Source: an uncultured Gemmatimonadales bacterium
Lineage (GTDB): Bacteria; Gemmatimonadota; Gemmatimonadetes; Gemmatimonadales; GWC2-71-9
DNA: 64,000 nucleotides
Direction of reading: 5' to 3'
Assembly: GCA_963730185.1 (NCBI GenBank)
Contig: CAVSQW010000007.1
Location: 160,001 to 224,000, forward strand
In this document: positions 29,152 through 38,981 of the stretch, piece by piece
How positions within the stretch are numbered: position 1 is the stretch's first letter
How the letters are laid out: every line of letters starts with the position of its first letter
Made by a program: the position numbers and the translations under genes
The notes under the pieces: model-generated
What the model was told of the DNA's origin: nothing
Seen by the model: only the letters and a program-made list of their open reading frames with translations
Database searches by the model: none

Positions 29152-30674
29152 GCGACCCGGAAGACGCCGACTCTCCCGGCCCGGCCCCGGAGCTCCAGGT
29201 CGCCGACCCGGGCCAGCGGGGGTGGGGCGGTCAGCGCCGCCGCCAGGGTCTCCGACACCAGAATCTCGCCCGGGTCGGCCCGTCCGCAGAGCCGGGAGGC
29301 GACGTTGACGGTGTCGCCTAACACGCTGTACTCGAGCCGGCGCTCGCTCCCGAGGTAGCCGGCGAAGACGTCGCCGGTGGCGAGCCCGATCCCAATCGCG
29401 ATCGGGGGCCGGGTCCCGGTCCAGCGCCGGTTGAGCTCCCCGACCCGCGCCTGCATCTGCTGCGCGGCCGCCAGGGCGCGGTCGGCGTCGTCGGGCTCGG
29501 TCAGGGGCGCGCCCCAGACCGCCATCAGGGCGTCGCCGATGAACTTGTCGAGCGTGCCGCCGTGGTCGAAGACCAGATCCACCATCTCGGTGAAGTAGTC
29601 GGTCAGGAGCGCGGCGACCTCTTCGGGGCGGAGCCGCTCGGCCAGGGGCGTGAAGCCCCGGATGTCGGCGAAGAGCACTGTGGCCACCCGCCGCTCACCG
29701 CCCAGGGCCACCGCGTCGGTCTGGCGGGCGATCCGCTCGGCCACGTTGGGGGCGAAGAACCGCTCGAAGTTCGCCCTCACCTGGGCCTCGCGATGCATCG
29801 CCTCGGCGTAGCGGATCTTGCCGATCGCCACGGCCGCGATCCCGCCGAAGGCGAAGAGCAGGGTCGCCTCCTCCTCGGTGAAGCCCCGGGTGGCGGTCAG
29901 CGAGTCGGCGTAGAGCACGCCGAGGACCTGGTCTTCGGACCCAAGGAGAGGGGTCGCGATCGCGCTCCGGACGCTCTGGAGCATCACCGAGCCGCTTCGG
30001 AGCCGCTCGTCCGCGGCCGCGTTGTCGGTGATGATCGGGGCCCGGTCGTCCACCGTGCGCTGGGCGATCGAGCGGGGCACCCGCATCCCGGCCGGATCGC
30101 TGACCCGGCTCCGGGAGAGCGCCGGGACCAGCTCGCCGGAGCGGGCGTCGAGCAGGAGGAGGGACACCCGGTCGACGGGCAGGAGGTCGAAGGTGCCCTC
30201 CACCACGGCGGCGATCAGCGAGTCGAGCTCGAACTCGCCCGAGAGGCGCTTGGCCAGATCGAGGAGCCGAGCCAACCGCTCGGCGTGCGGTCCCGGCGGC
30301 GCGGTCGCCGTCCCGACCGGCGCGAAGCCGCGACCCACGGACACGGCCCGGACCACGGTCTCCGCGGTGCCCGGGTCCAAAGGCGCGGGGGTGCCGCCCT
30401 CGACCCGGTAGCTCACCTTCCCGAAGGTCACCGTGTCGGTCGGAGTCAGGAGGCCCTCCACGATCCGGGCGCCGTTGATCGCGGTCCCGTTGGAGCTCTC
30501 CAGGTCGCGGACCCGGACCCCGGCCGGGGTAACCCGGAGCTCGGCGTGCCGGCGGGAGACGGTGACGTCGGGGACGCTCAGGTCGCTGGCGGCCGAGCGT
30601 CCGACCACCACCGCCCGATCGTCGGGGAGGATCAGCTCGTGCTCATGGCCGAGACCGTGGAGTCGCCAGGACAT
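29148..30674 (-). CDS. FHA-GAF-class III adenylate/guanylate cyclase
   Basis: FHA motifs VGR..SRRHA..SNGT, a GAF domain, and cyclase motifs LFADIRGFT, DKFIGDA and GDTVNVASRL. Confidence 0.92.
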   Translation of the reverse strand: MSWRLHGLGHEHELILPDDRAVVVGRSAASDLSVPDVTVSRRHAELRVTPAGVRVRDLESSNGTAINGARIVEGLLTPTDTVTFGKVSYRVEGGTPAPLDPGTAETVVRAVSVGRGFAPVGTATAPPGPHAERLARLLDLAKRLSGEFELDSLIAAVVEGTFDLLPVDRVSLLLLDARSGELVPALSRSRVSDPAGMRVPRSIAQRTVDDRAPIITDNAAADERLRSGSVMLQSVRSAIATPLLGSEDQVLGVLYADSLTATRGFTEEEATLLFAFGGIAAVAIGKIRYAEAMHREAQVRANFERFFAPNVAERIARQTDAVALGGERRVATVLFADIRGFTPLAERLRPEEVAALLTDYFTEMVDLVFDHGGTLDKFIGDALMAVWGAPLTEPDDADRALAAAQQMQARVGELNRRWTGTRPPIAIGIGLATGDVFAGYLGSERRLEYSVLGDTVNVASRLCGRADPGEILVSETLAAALTAPPPLARVGDLELRGRAGRVGVFRVA

Positions 30675-30684
30675 CGGGCCGGAC

Positions 30685-31281
30685 CTAGCGGGGGGCCGCC
30701 ACGACGTACGCGCCGGGGCCCGGCACGGCGGCCTCGAGGAGGTCCGAGCCGGGGCGCTGGCTGGGAAGGAAGACCACCCGGCCGTCGGGGTCGACCCGCC
30801 CGATCAGGAGCACCTGCTCGAAGGCCAGGTCGCTGCCGTAGCGCTTGCGGGCGCCTTCGGAGGCCGCGAAATGGAAGCCGTAGCTGAAGGTTACCGTCGC
30901 GCCGGCGGCCAGCTGCCCGTCGGTCTCGAGCGTGACGCCGTAGACTCCGGGGCGGGGGCGGACCGCCACGTGGGTCGAATCGCGTCCGGGCGGTGGGGTC
31001 AGGCTGGCGGCCGGGATGGTCACCTTGGCGAAGAGGCTGTTGTCGGGCGCGCCGCGCCGCATGATGATCGTCCGGCCTTCCCCGGCGGGCACCGCCACCA
31101 CCGTGTCCTCGGGCAGGACTCCGCTCGACTCCAGGATGAACACCCCCGCGAGGTCGGTCGGCGGCGGCAGCCGGGTGCCCGGGGTCCCCGCGCCGGCCGC
31201 GGCGGCCCCACCGCCACCACCGCACCCCGCGAGCGTCGCGGCGAACAGCAGGGCAGCCAGCACGGGCGCGCGCTCTGACAT
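30685..31281 (-). CDS. Hypothetical lipoprotein
   Basis: Lipobox LAGC after a hydrophobic signal sequence. Confidence 0.65.
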   Translation of the reverse strand: MSERAPVLAALLFAATLAGCGGGGGAAAAGAGTPGTRLPPPTDLAGVFILESSGVLPEDTVVAVPAGEGRTIIMRRGAPDNSLFAKVTIPAASLTPPPGRDSTHVAVRPRPGVYGVTLETDGQLAAGATVTFSYGFHFAASEGARKRYGSDLAFEQVLLIGRVDPDGRVVFLPSQRPGSDLLEAAVPGPGAYVVAAPR

Positions 31282-31422
31282 CGGCTCCGTCTCGTCGGGC
31301 GAAGGTGGGCCGGCTCCCGGAGCCGGCATGGCGGACGTCCAAGTTTCGACCGTTCCGGCGGCGGAGCGCAATGGCGCGGCCGGCCGGCCGGGCGCGCGGT
31401 CGGCCGGTGTAGTTTCCGGACG

Positions 31423-33504
31423 ATGCGTTCGCGCTGGCTTGCCCTTGCTCCGCTGGTGGTGCCCGCCGCCCTGGCGGGCCTCCAGCCGGCCGCCTTGGCG
31501 GCCCAGCAGCCGCCCGCCCTGCCGGCGCGGTCGCTGGCCACCGACTCCGCGCCGCCGGCCATCGTCACCCTCGCGATCGCCCGGCGCCAGGTCGAGACGG
31601 ACTCCTCCTTGCGGGCCTGGCGGGCCCGAGCCCGCGGGGTGGTGACCTTTCTGGCCGAATACGGGACTGGTCCCAGCATGACCACCCGGCTGGTCAAGGC
31701 CGACGAGCTCGATGTCGACGTCTACTGGGAAGGCCGGGGCCGGAGTCGCCAGGTGATCCGCGCCTGGCGCGACACCACCTTCCTCCCCACCGGGATGGGC
31801 TATCACCGCGACCACCTGGCCATCGTCACCGACGACTTCGGCCCCGTGATCCGGGTCGGCGAGGGCGACGAGGTCGCGGACGCCATCCATCCGCTCGCGC
31901 CCGCGGGCCCCGCGCACTACACCTACGCCGTTCGCGACACCACCACGGTCCGCACCTCGACCGGAGTGCTGGAGGTGGTCGCGGTCGACGTGCGCCCCCG
32001 GCGGCTCGACCAGCCGCTCGTGGTCGGCACGATGTACCTCGATCTGGCCCGGGCGATCCTGGTCCGCTCGCGGTTCACCTTCACGCCGGCCGCATACCGC
32101 GATCCGGATCTCGAAGACATCACCATCCGGCTCGAGCGCACCCTCGTGGACGACCGGGCCTGGCTCCCGTATCGCCAGGAAATCGAGGTGCGGCGCCGGT
32201 CGGCGGTGGCGGCGTTTCCGCTCCGGGGCGTGATCCGGGGCGAGTGGGTGATCGGCGACTTCGAGCTCGATGCCGCCATGCCCGCCGAGGCGCGCCGGGG
32301 CCCCGCCATCGGAGGGCTCCGGCGTCCCGGCGGGCCCGACCTCTGGGCCGCTCCGCTCGCCACCGCGATCGACTCCGGGCTCCGGCCGGCGGACCGGCGG
32401 GACGTCGAGCAGGTCCGGCGCGACGCCGCCCGTCTGGTCGGCGGACGCCTGTTGGACGGCTTACCCGATTTTCGCCCCGGAGTGGACCGGTTGAGCGAGA
32501 TTTTGCGCGTCAATCGGATAGAAGGGCTGGTGCTGGGCGGTGGATTCCGGTGGCAGCCGCGTGGCCATCTTCCCGCGCTCGACGGTCGATTGGCGGTCGG
32601 GACCGCTGACGGACGGGTGACGGGCTCGCTCGCGCTTGGCTGGCGCACCGGGGGGGGAACCCTCGCGGTGACCGGTCGGCGAGGGGTCGTCGACGTGAGC
32701 GACGTCCCGGTCGCCAGCGGTGTCTTCGGCTCGCTGTCCGCTCAGGAGACCGGCCATGACTACGGCGACTACGTCCTGGCCGAGGGCGTTGGCCTGGCCT
32801 GGCGCGGCGACTTGGTGGGGGCGGCGGGAGTGTCGCTCGAGCTGGGTCGGGAATGGGCCTGGTCGGTGCGGAATGCGGCGAGTCCGGCCCGCGGCGCCTA
32901 CCGGCCCAATCCGCCGCTCGGGAGCGAGGCCTATTGGGTGGCCCGCGGCCAGCTCGGCCGGGTGGAAGACCACCGCGGCCGACGGGGGTGGTCGGGCCGG
33001 GTCGCCCTCGAAGCCGGGGTGGGCCGGGAGAACGGCTATGCCCGGGCCCTGCTGGAGGCGGCCGACGAACGCCCGCTGGGGCCCGGCATTTTGGGGCTCC
33101 GGGGCTGGCTCGGTTTGGGGACCGCCGCTTTGCCGGCCCGGCGATCGTTCCCCCTCGGCGGCCGCGGCACGCTCCTCGGCACCCCGTATCGCGCCTGGGG
33201 TGGACGGCAGGCGGCCTGGCTCGGCGCCGAGTGGCTCGGGCCGCTCCCGGCGCCGAGCCTCCCGCTGGGCTGGCTGGGCCGGACGGCGCCTCAGGTCTGG
33301 CTCGGACCGGTGGTTCGAGTCGGGTGGGCTGGAGGCGCGGTGGAAGCCCCCTGGCAGCCGTCCCGGGGGCCTGAAGTGGTGGTCGGTGGGGCCCTGGAGC
33401 TGTTCGACCGGCTGGTCCGGCTGGAAGTGGCCCGGTCGGTGCGTACCAATTCGGGGCTTGGGTTCGCCATCGACGTGACTCGGCCGTGGTGGCCGATCCT
33501 GTAG
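31423..33504 (+). CDS. Hypothetical exported, probably outer-membrane beta-barrel protein
   Basis: Signal peptide. C-terminal half has alternating beta-strand character with an LGGRGTL.G loop-like motif. Confidence 0.6.
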   Translation: MRSRWLALAPLVVPAALAGLQPAALAAQQPPALPARSLATDSAPPAIVTLAIARRQVETDSSLRAWRARARGVVTFLAEYGTGPSMTTRLVKADELDVDVYWEGRGRSRQVIRAWRDTTFLPTGMGYHRDHLAIVTDDFGPVIRVGEGDEVADAIHPLAPAGPAHYTYAVRDTTTVRTSTGVLEVVAVDVRPRRLDQPLVVGTMYLDLARAILVRSRFTFTPAAYRDPDLEDITIRLERTLVDDRAWLPYRQEIEVRRRSAVAAFPLRGVIRGEWVIGDFELDAAMPAEARRGPAIGGLRRPGGPDLWAAPLATAIDSGLRPADRRDVEQVRRDAARLVGGRLLDGLPDFRPGVDRLSEILRVNRIEGLVLGGGFRWQPRGHLPALDGRLAVGTADGRVTGSLALGWRTGGGTLAVTGRRGVVDVSDVPVASGVFGSLSAQETGHDYGDYVLAEGVGLAWRGDLVGAAGVSLELGREWAWSVRNAASPARGAYRPNPPLGSEAYWVARGQLGRVEDHRGRRGWSGRVALEAGVGRENGYARALLEAADERPLGPGILGLRGWLGLGTAALPARRSFPLGGRGTLLGTPYRAWGGRQAAWLGAEWLGPLPAPSLPLGWLGRTAPQVWLGPVVRVGWAGGAVEAPWQPSRGPEVVVGGALELFDRLVRLEVARSVRTNSGLGFAIDVTRPWWPIL

Positions 33505-33559
33505 CCGGTCGTCGCGCGGAAGTATTATTGGGAAGCTGACTTAGGGGGAATTACGAAAC

Positions 33560-35812
33560 TTGTTGTTTTCGGATGAGTGGCTGGTCCCGGCCCTGGGAAC
33601 CCTGATCCCTGAGAATGTCGTCGCCGAGCTTCGCAAGACGGTGGCGGGGTCCGGTGTGTCGCTTTGGCAGGCCGTCCTCGACCGGCGCCTTCTGCCCGAG
33701 GACGAGATCCTCAAGACCGTCGCCAGCCGGTTCCGGATGCCGATCGCCGATCTGGGGGCGGTCGACCCCCGGGTCCGTGACGAGGTGCCGGAGCAGCTGG
33801 CCCGCCGGTTCCACGTGGTGCCTCTCCATTTGACCGACAGCCGGCTTCGGGTCGCAACCGCCAATCCGTTCGACATGGACGCGGAGAAGATGCTGGCGTT
33901 CGCGACCGGTCGAGAGGTGCGGCTCGAGCTCTGCTCGCCCCAGCGGATCCGGGAGAAGCTCGACGAGCTCTACCGTCCCGACGACCTGGTGGAGCAGCTG
34001 CTCGGGGGGATGACCGAAGAGGCCGAGGTCACCCAGCTGGGCGACGAGGCGGACGATCTCGCGGTCAGCGCCGAGGAGGCCGCGGCCCGTCCCATCATCA
34101 AGCTGGTGGACACCCTGCTCGCCGACGGGATCACCAGCCGGGCCAGCGACATTCACGTCGAGCCGGTGGAAGGTGGCGTGGTGGTCCGCTACCGGATCGA
34201 CGGGGTGCTTCGCCAGGTCATGCGGATCCCCCGATCGGCGGGTGTCCCGCTGATCTCCCGGATCAAGATCATGTCGGGCATGGACATCGCGGACCGGCTC
34301 CGGCCCCAGGATGGCCGCTGCCGGGTGGCGGTGAACGGCAACCCGGTTGACCTCCGGGTGTCGACCCTGCCGGCCTCGCTGGGCGAGAAGGTGGTGATTC
34401 GGATCCTCAACGCCCGGGCCACCCTGCTGTCGCTCAAGGCGCTTGGGTATTCGGACGAGGAGCGGTACGCCATCGAGCGGCTGCTCGACCAGAAGGAAGG
34501 GATCCTCCTCGTCACGGGCCCCACCGGGTCGGGCAAGACCACGACGCTCTATGCGGCGCTCCGCCAGGTTCAGGGCGAGGGCGTCAACATCGTGACGGTG
34601 GAGGATCCGGTCGAGTATCGCCTGGGGCAGAACATCGTCCAGGTGCAGGTCAACGAGAAGGCGGGGCTCACCTTCTCGTCGGCGCTTCGGTCGATCCTCC
34701 GGCAGGATCCCGACGTGGTGCTGGTGGGTGAGATCCGGGATCGGGAGACGGCCCAGATTGCGGTCCAGGCGTCGCTCACCGGCCACCTCGTGCTGTCCAC
34801 CCTGCACACCAACGACGCGCCCAACTCCGTGACCCGGCTCCTCGACATGGGGATGGAGGCGTACAAGATCGGCTCGGCGCTCCGCGGGGTAGTGGCCCAG
34901 CGGCTGATGCGGCGGCTCTGTCCCACCTGCCGGGTGGAGTCGACCGAACCCCTTCCCGCCAAGCTGGCGGCCTACCTGGCGGAGGGGGCGACGCTCTACC
35001 GGGCGGTGGGATGCTCGGAGTGCGCCCAGACCGGGTACCGCGGTCGTTTCGGCATTCTGGAAGTGCTCGCGATGAACCAGACGCTGGAGCGGCTGGTTTC
35101 GTCGGGGGCGAACGCCGACGTGATCGCGAAAGTGGCCCGGGCCAACGGGATGAAGTCGCTGTTCGAGTCGGCGATTCGTCACGTCCTGAGCGGCGAGACC
35201 TCGGTCGAAGAGCTGCTCCGGGTGACGGACCCGCCCCGTCTGGATCTCGACCCGCCGCCGGTCGAGGCGCCCCGCCCGCGCCGGGACAGCCGGCCCGAGC
35301 CCCGGCCGCGACCGTCGCGCCCGCACCCCACCTTGGCGGTCGAGGCGACTCGGGTCGAAGTGGACGACCTCTCGCCCGCGTTCGAGCTGCTGGAAGAGCA
35401 CCAGCTGCCGCCGGCCCGCTTCGAGCTGACCCGGAAGGGCGCCGTGGTGCTGCTGGTCGACGACGAGGACCAGCTCCGCCGGGTCATGCGCGACCTGCTC
35501 GAGCACGAGGGGTACACCGTGGTCGAGGCGCGGGACGGCGCCGAAGCGCTCGCCGAGGTGGACCGGAGCGCGCCCGACTTGATGATCCTCGACCTGAACC
35601 TGCCGAACGTCGACGGATATACCGTGCTGGGGCAGCTCCGGTCGCGCGACGCCACCCGGAACCTCCCGATCATCGTGCTCACCGCCAAAGCCGACGAGGA
35701 CAACGAGGTCCGGGTCCTCGAGCTCGGCGCCGACGATTTCCTCACCAAACCCTTCCGGGCCCGGGCCCTCGGGGCCCGGCTCCAGAGCATGCTGGCCCGT
35801 CACCGCGCGTGA
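33560..35812 (+). CDS. GspE/PilB secretion ATPase fused to a C-terminal receiver domain
   Basis: [37 protein letters not shown], tetracysteine motif. REC domain has DD, D-LNLP, T and KP. Confidence 0.92.
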   Translation: MLFSDEWLVPALGTLIPENVVAELRKTVAGSGVSLWQAVLDRRLLPEDEILKTVASRFRMPIADLGAVDPRVRDEVPEQLARRFHVVPLHLTDSRLRVATANPFDMDAEKMLAFATGREVRLELCSPQRIREKLDELYRPDDLVEQLLGGMTEEAEVTQLGDEADDLAVSAEEAAARPIIKLVDTLLADGITSRASDIHVEPVEGGVVVRYRIDGVLRQVMRIPRSAGVPLISRIKIMSGMDIADRLRPQDGRCRVAVNGNPVDLRVSTLPASLGEKVVIRILNARATLLSLKALGYSDEERYAIERLLDQKEGILLVTGPTGSGKTTTLYAALRQVQGEGVNIVTVEDPVEYRLGQNIVQVQVNEKAGLTFSSALRSILRQDPDVVLVGEIRDRETAQIAVQASLTGHLVLSTLHTNDAPNSVTRLLDMGMEAYKIGSALRGVVAQRLMRRLCPTCRVESTEPLPAKLAAYLAEGATLYRAVGCSECAQTGYRGRFGILEVLAMNQTLERLVSSGANADVIAKVARANGMKSLFESAIRHVLSGETSVEELLRVTDPPRLDLDPPPVEAPRPRRDSRPEPRPRPSRPHPTLAVEATRVEVDDLSPAFELLEEHQLPPARFELTRKGAVVLLVDDEDQLRRVMRDLLEHEGYTVVEARDGAEALAEVDRSAPDLMILDLNLPNVDGYTVLGQLRSRDATRNLPIIVLTAKADEDNEVRVLELGADDFLTKPFRARALGARLQSMLARHRA

Positions 35813-35831
35813 CCGCCACCCGCTCGTCCGC

Positions 35832-36305
35832 GTGACCGTTCCCGTCGTCGCCTACGTCGACGTCTACGTGCTCCGGGGCGCGGCGGTCGGTCTCGAGGCG
35901 CTGCTCCTCCGGCGGAGCGCCGGGGTCCGGTGCCCGGGGTCGTGGGAGACCGTTCACGGTCACATCGAGGCCGGCGAAACGCCGGTCGAGGCCGCCCGGC
36001 GCGAGCTCCGCGAAGAGACCGGCCTGGAGCCCGAGCGATTCTACAACGCCAGCCGGATCGAGTCGTTCTACGTGCACCGGCTCGATCAGGTGGCCCTGAT
36101 CCCGGTCTTCGCCGCGCTGGTCGGAGCCGAGGCCCTGGTCCGGGTCTCCGACGAGCACGACGACCACCGCTGGCTTCCCGTGGCCGAGGCGGCCCGCCGC
36201 TACGCCTGGCCCCGCGAGCGGAGGGCGGTGACCGACCTGGCGGTGTTGTTCGAGCGGGGGGATGCGGGCGAGCTCGAGGACGTACTCCGGATCCCACCGC
36301 CCTGA
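35832..36305 (+). CDS. NUDIX hydrolase (NudB-like)
   Basis: Nudix box [22 protein letters not shown], plus SDEH. Confidence 0.9.
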   Translation: MTVPVVAYVDVYVLRGAAVGLEALLLRRSAGVRCPGSWETVHGHIEAGETPVEAARRELREETGLEPERFYNASRIESFYVHRLDQVALIPVFAALVGAEALVRVSDEHDDHRWLPVAEAARRYAWPRERRAVTDLAVLFERGDAGELEDVLRIPPP

Positions 36306-36332
36306 CGACGGGGCCGTGAGATCCGGGCGCAA

Positions 36333-36962
36333 TCAGAAGTCGTTGTCGAAGCTCAGGAACTCGAACCGTCCGCCCCGCTCGATGATGGCGCCGAAGAGCT
36401 TGAGCGGCGTGGCTTTCTCCCCGTCCCGTGATAGCGTCACCTTGCAGCCGCTCCAGATGCGATTGTCGCCCTCGATCGTGGGCTTGGGGTCACACTGGTA
36501 GCCGATCAGCGTCAGACGGTGTCCTCCGAGCTCCCGCAGGGCCCGGAAGATTCCCTTCCGGCTCTTCTCCTCCAGCTGAAACCAGGCCAGGGCCGGCGGG
36601 AGCTCGTAGGGGGGCTTGGCCGTGGCGGTGGTGGGATAGTAGAGCCAGGCGAACTCGGCCCGGTCGACGGTCATCGCCTCGAAGGCCGCCGTGTCGCTGG
36701 CCGCCAGCGCCGCGATCAGCCGTTCCACCAGGTCGTCTCTGCTGGTTGCCAGGCCGCGAAGCCCGGTGGTCTGGGGCAGGCTCTTTCGGAACCGGTCCAG
36801 CATCACGTTCATCGGAAACACGCTGTCCACCACGTGCGCGGGCGGCGCGACCGCCGTCGGGACCACGGCGGGTGCGCTGTCAGCGGGGGCGGGTCGGGGC
36901 TTGCCGGTTCCGCACCCAGCGGTTCCCAGCAGGCAGAGCATCCAGAATGAGGGTCGCATCAT
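36333..36962 (-). CDS. Hypothetical lipoprotein
   Basis: Lipobox TAGC. Confidence 0.7.
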   Translation of the reverse strand: MMRPSFWMLCLLGTAGCGTGKPRPAPADSAPAVVPTAVAPPAHVVDSVFPMNVMLDRFRKSLPQTTGLRGLATSRDDLVERLIAALAASDTAAFEAMTVDRAEFAWLYYPTTATAKPPYELPPALAWFQLEEKSRKGIFRALRELGGHRLTLIGYQCDPKPTIEGDNRIWSGCKVTLSRDGEKATPLKLFGAIIERGGRFEFLSFDNDF

Positions 36963-37058
36963 CGGCTGAAAGGGAGCGACCGGTCCGGCGACGGGCGCTC
37001 GAACCGGTCGATGGTGGATTGAGTCGGACCGGGGCGGCGCCCCGGTCCGATCTTCGAT

Positions 37059-38768
37059 CTAATTCCGATACCACCTTGTCCAGCCAGCGTACCAGGGCGT
37101 GGCGGCGGTCGGATCGAGCGCGCCGATGTAGGTCGTGGCGGGCATGTCGGCGCCGAAGTAGTTGGTCACCCGCGGCGCGAGCGGGGTGCCGGTGAAGTCC
37201 GAGAGACCGGCTGTGGAGGCCGCCGACCCGGCCGAGAGCCAGATGTTGAGGTTGGACTCGTCGACGGTGGTCGTGGAGGTCGGCAGGGCCCCGGCGAACA
37301 CGTTGCCCAGGGTCCCTTCGGTGACGTTCCAGGCCACGGCGTTGTCGGAGATGACGTGGCCGAAGTTGACGTTGGCCGGCTCAAAGTTGCTGCCGTTGTC
37401 GACCAGGTACAGGTTCCGGATCCAGGTCGAGTCGTTGCCGACGAGGGCGTTGCTCTCGGCGTCCCGGATGCTGATCCCGACGCCGGGCCACCGCGCGATG
37501 ATACCGTTGACCATGTCGGCCGCTGAGCCGCGACGGATGACCGCACCGTTGCCGTCGGTCGCCGAGAACACGCCCGTGCCCGGCCCGATGACCGTGAAGT
37601 TGGCCCAGACCGGCTTCGAGAACGGCGGGTTCGCGAAGGTGCAGCCGGCCTTGTCGATCTCGCAGCCGTCGCCCTCGAAGCCGCGCGGGTCGCTCGACGT
37701 GGTGCCCGTCCCGGGAACCGGCTGAATCACCGAGGTCTGGAGGCCGATCAGGAACTGGCCCCGCCCGCGGAAGCCTTCGGTCCAGTCGTAATGGTCGTCG
37801 CCCGACTCCCACGAGACCATGTGCCGGATGTCCACGCTCCCGCCGAAGAACTCGAAGCTGTCGTCGAGGCCGGCCACCGACTGGACGTACTCGTAGGTCG
37901 TGCCCCGGCCCACCGCGTAGCTCGAGATCGAGTTGAGCTCCTGGCCGCCGCCGTTCGAGACGTCGTAGCCCGCGAACTCGACCCGGACGTACTTGAGGTG
38001 CCCCGAGCTGTCGTTGAAGTCAGTGCCCCCGGCGTAGTTCTCGGCGGCGCCGACCGGGCCTTCCGTGAAGATCGGGTTGGCGGTCCGGTTGATGATCCCG
38101 TTCCCCACGATGATGACCCCGCCCCAGTCACCGGGCTTCCGGTTGCCGGGCGACCGGGCCGAGGTGAACACGATCGGGTCGCTGGCGGTGCCGTCGGCGA
38201 TGATCTGCGAGCCGCGGAGGATCCAGAGCGAGCTCCCCGGGACCAGCGTGTCGCCGATGATCCTGGTGCCGGCCTGGATGGTGAGCGTGGCGCCGTTGCT
38301 CACCTTGACGTAGCCGCTCAGCGTGTACACGGTGTCGGCGTAGAAGGTCCGGCTCAGCGGAAGGCCGGTGACCGTCGCGACCTTCGGCCCCTCGGCCAAC
38401 GTCGTGGCCGGCGCCGCGGTGCTGTTGGACGACTTGACGCCGCCCGAGACGGCCCGGACCTCATAGGTGTAGGCGGTCGCCGGGGCCAGGCCGGTGTCCT
38501 CGAAAAACGTGCTCGTGAGGCCCGTCTGGATGGTCGCGAAGCCCCCGCCCGCCGCCGACCGGTCGAGCTCGTAGCTGTCGGCCCCGGACACCTGGTTCCA
38601 CGTGACCCGAATCGACGTCGTCGAGGTGGCCGCCGCGGCCACGCCGGTCGGCGCGTCGACAGTGGGCGGCGGCGGGGGCGGATTCACCACGTCGTTGCTG
38701 CTGCACGCCGCGAATCCGGCACCCAAAAGCAGGGCGCCGGCAAGTCGGAAGAATCTACCTGAGTCCAT
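37059..38768 (-). CDS. Surface lipoprotein with an Fn3 domain and a beta-helix-like domain, associated with the TonB receptor
   Basis: Lipobox FAAC, Fn3 pattern (W..V.GA..Y...Y.V.A), then PIVFTS, GDWGG, YVRVEFAG and DDSFEFFGG. Confidence 0.8.
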   Translation of the reverse strand: MDSGRFFRLAGALLLGAGFAACSSNDVVNPPPPPPTVDAPTGVAAAATSTTSIRVTWNQVSGADSYELDRSAAGGGFATIQTGLTSTFFEDTGLAPATAYTYEVRAVSGGVKSSNSTAAPATTLAEGPKVATVTGLPLSRTFYADTVYTLSGYVKVSNGATLTIQAGTRIIGDTLVPGSSLWILRGSQIIADGTASDPIVFTSARSPGNRKPGDWGGVIIVGNGIINRTANPIFTEGPVGAAENYAGGTDFNDSSGHLKYVRVEFAGYDVSNGGGQELNSISSYAVGRGTTYEYVQSVAGLDDSFEFFGGSVDIRHMVSWESGDDHYDWTEGFRGRGQFLIGLQTSVIQPVPGTGTTSSDPRGFEGDGCEIDKAGCTFANPPFSKPVWANFTVIGPGTGVFSATDGNGAVIRRGSAADMVNGIIARWPGVGISIRDAESNALVGNDSTWIRNLYLVDNGSNFEPANVNFGHVISDNAVAWNVTEGTLGNVFAGALPTSTTTVDESNLNIWLSAGSAASTAGLSDFTGTPLAPRVTNYFGADMPATTYIGALDPTAATPWYAGWTRWYRN

Positions 38769-38926
38769 GCGCACGGGGAGCGTTCTCCATGTGATGATGC
38801 GAAAGGTCCGTATCGGGCGGTGTGACGAGCCGTTCAGATGCTGGGAAGAACGCCTGACAGTGTGAACGCCCGGCAACCGCAGGGTAACAAACCGGTCGCA
38901 CCCCCACGGAAGGCGCCTCACGAAGG

Positions 38927-38961
38927 CACGAGGCCCCCGGCGTCGCGCCGGGGGCCTCGTG
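38927..38961. repeat. GC-rich palindrome (REP/terminator-like), copy 1
   Basis: CACGAGGCCCCCGGCG-tcg-CGCCGGGGGCCTCGTG, a 16-bp perfect stem just downstream of the TonB receptor stop. Confidence 0.8.
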
Positions 38962-38981
38962 GGTCGGGAGCCGAGCCCGGC

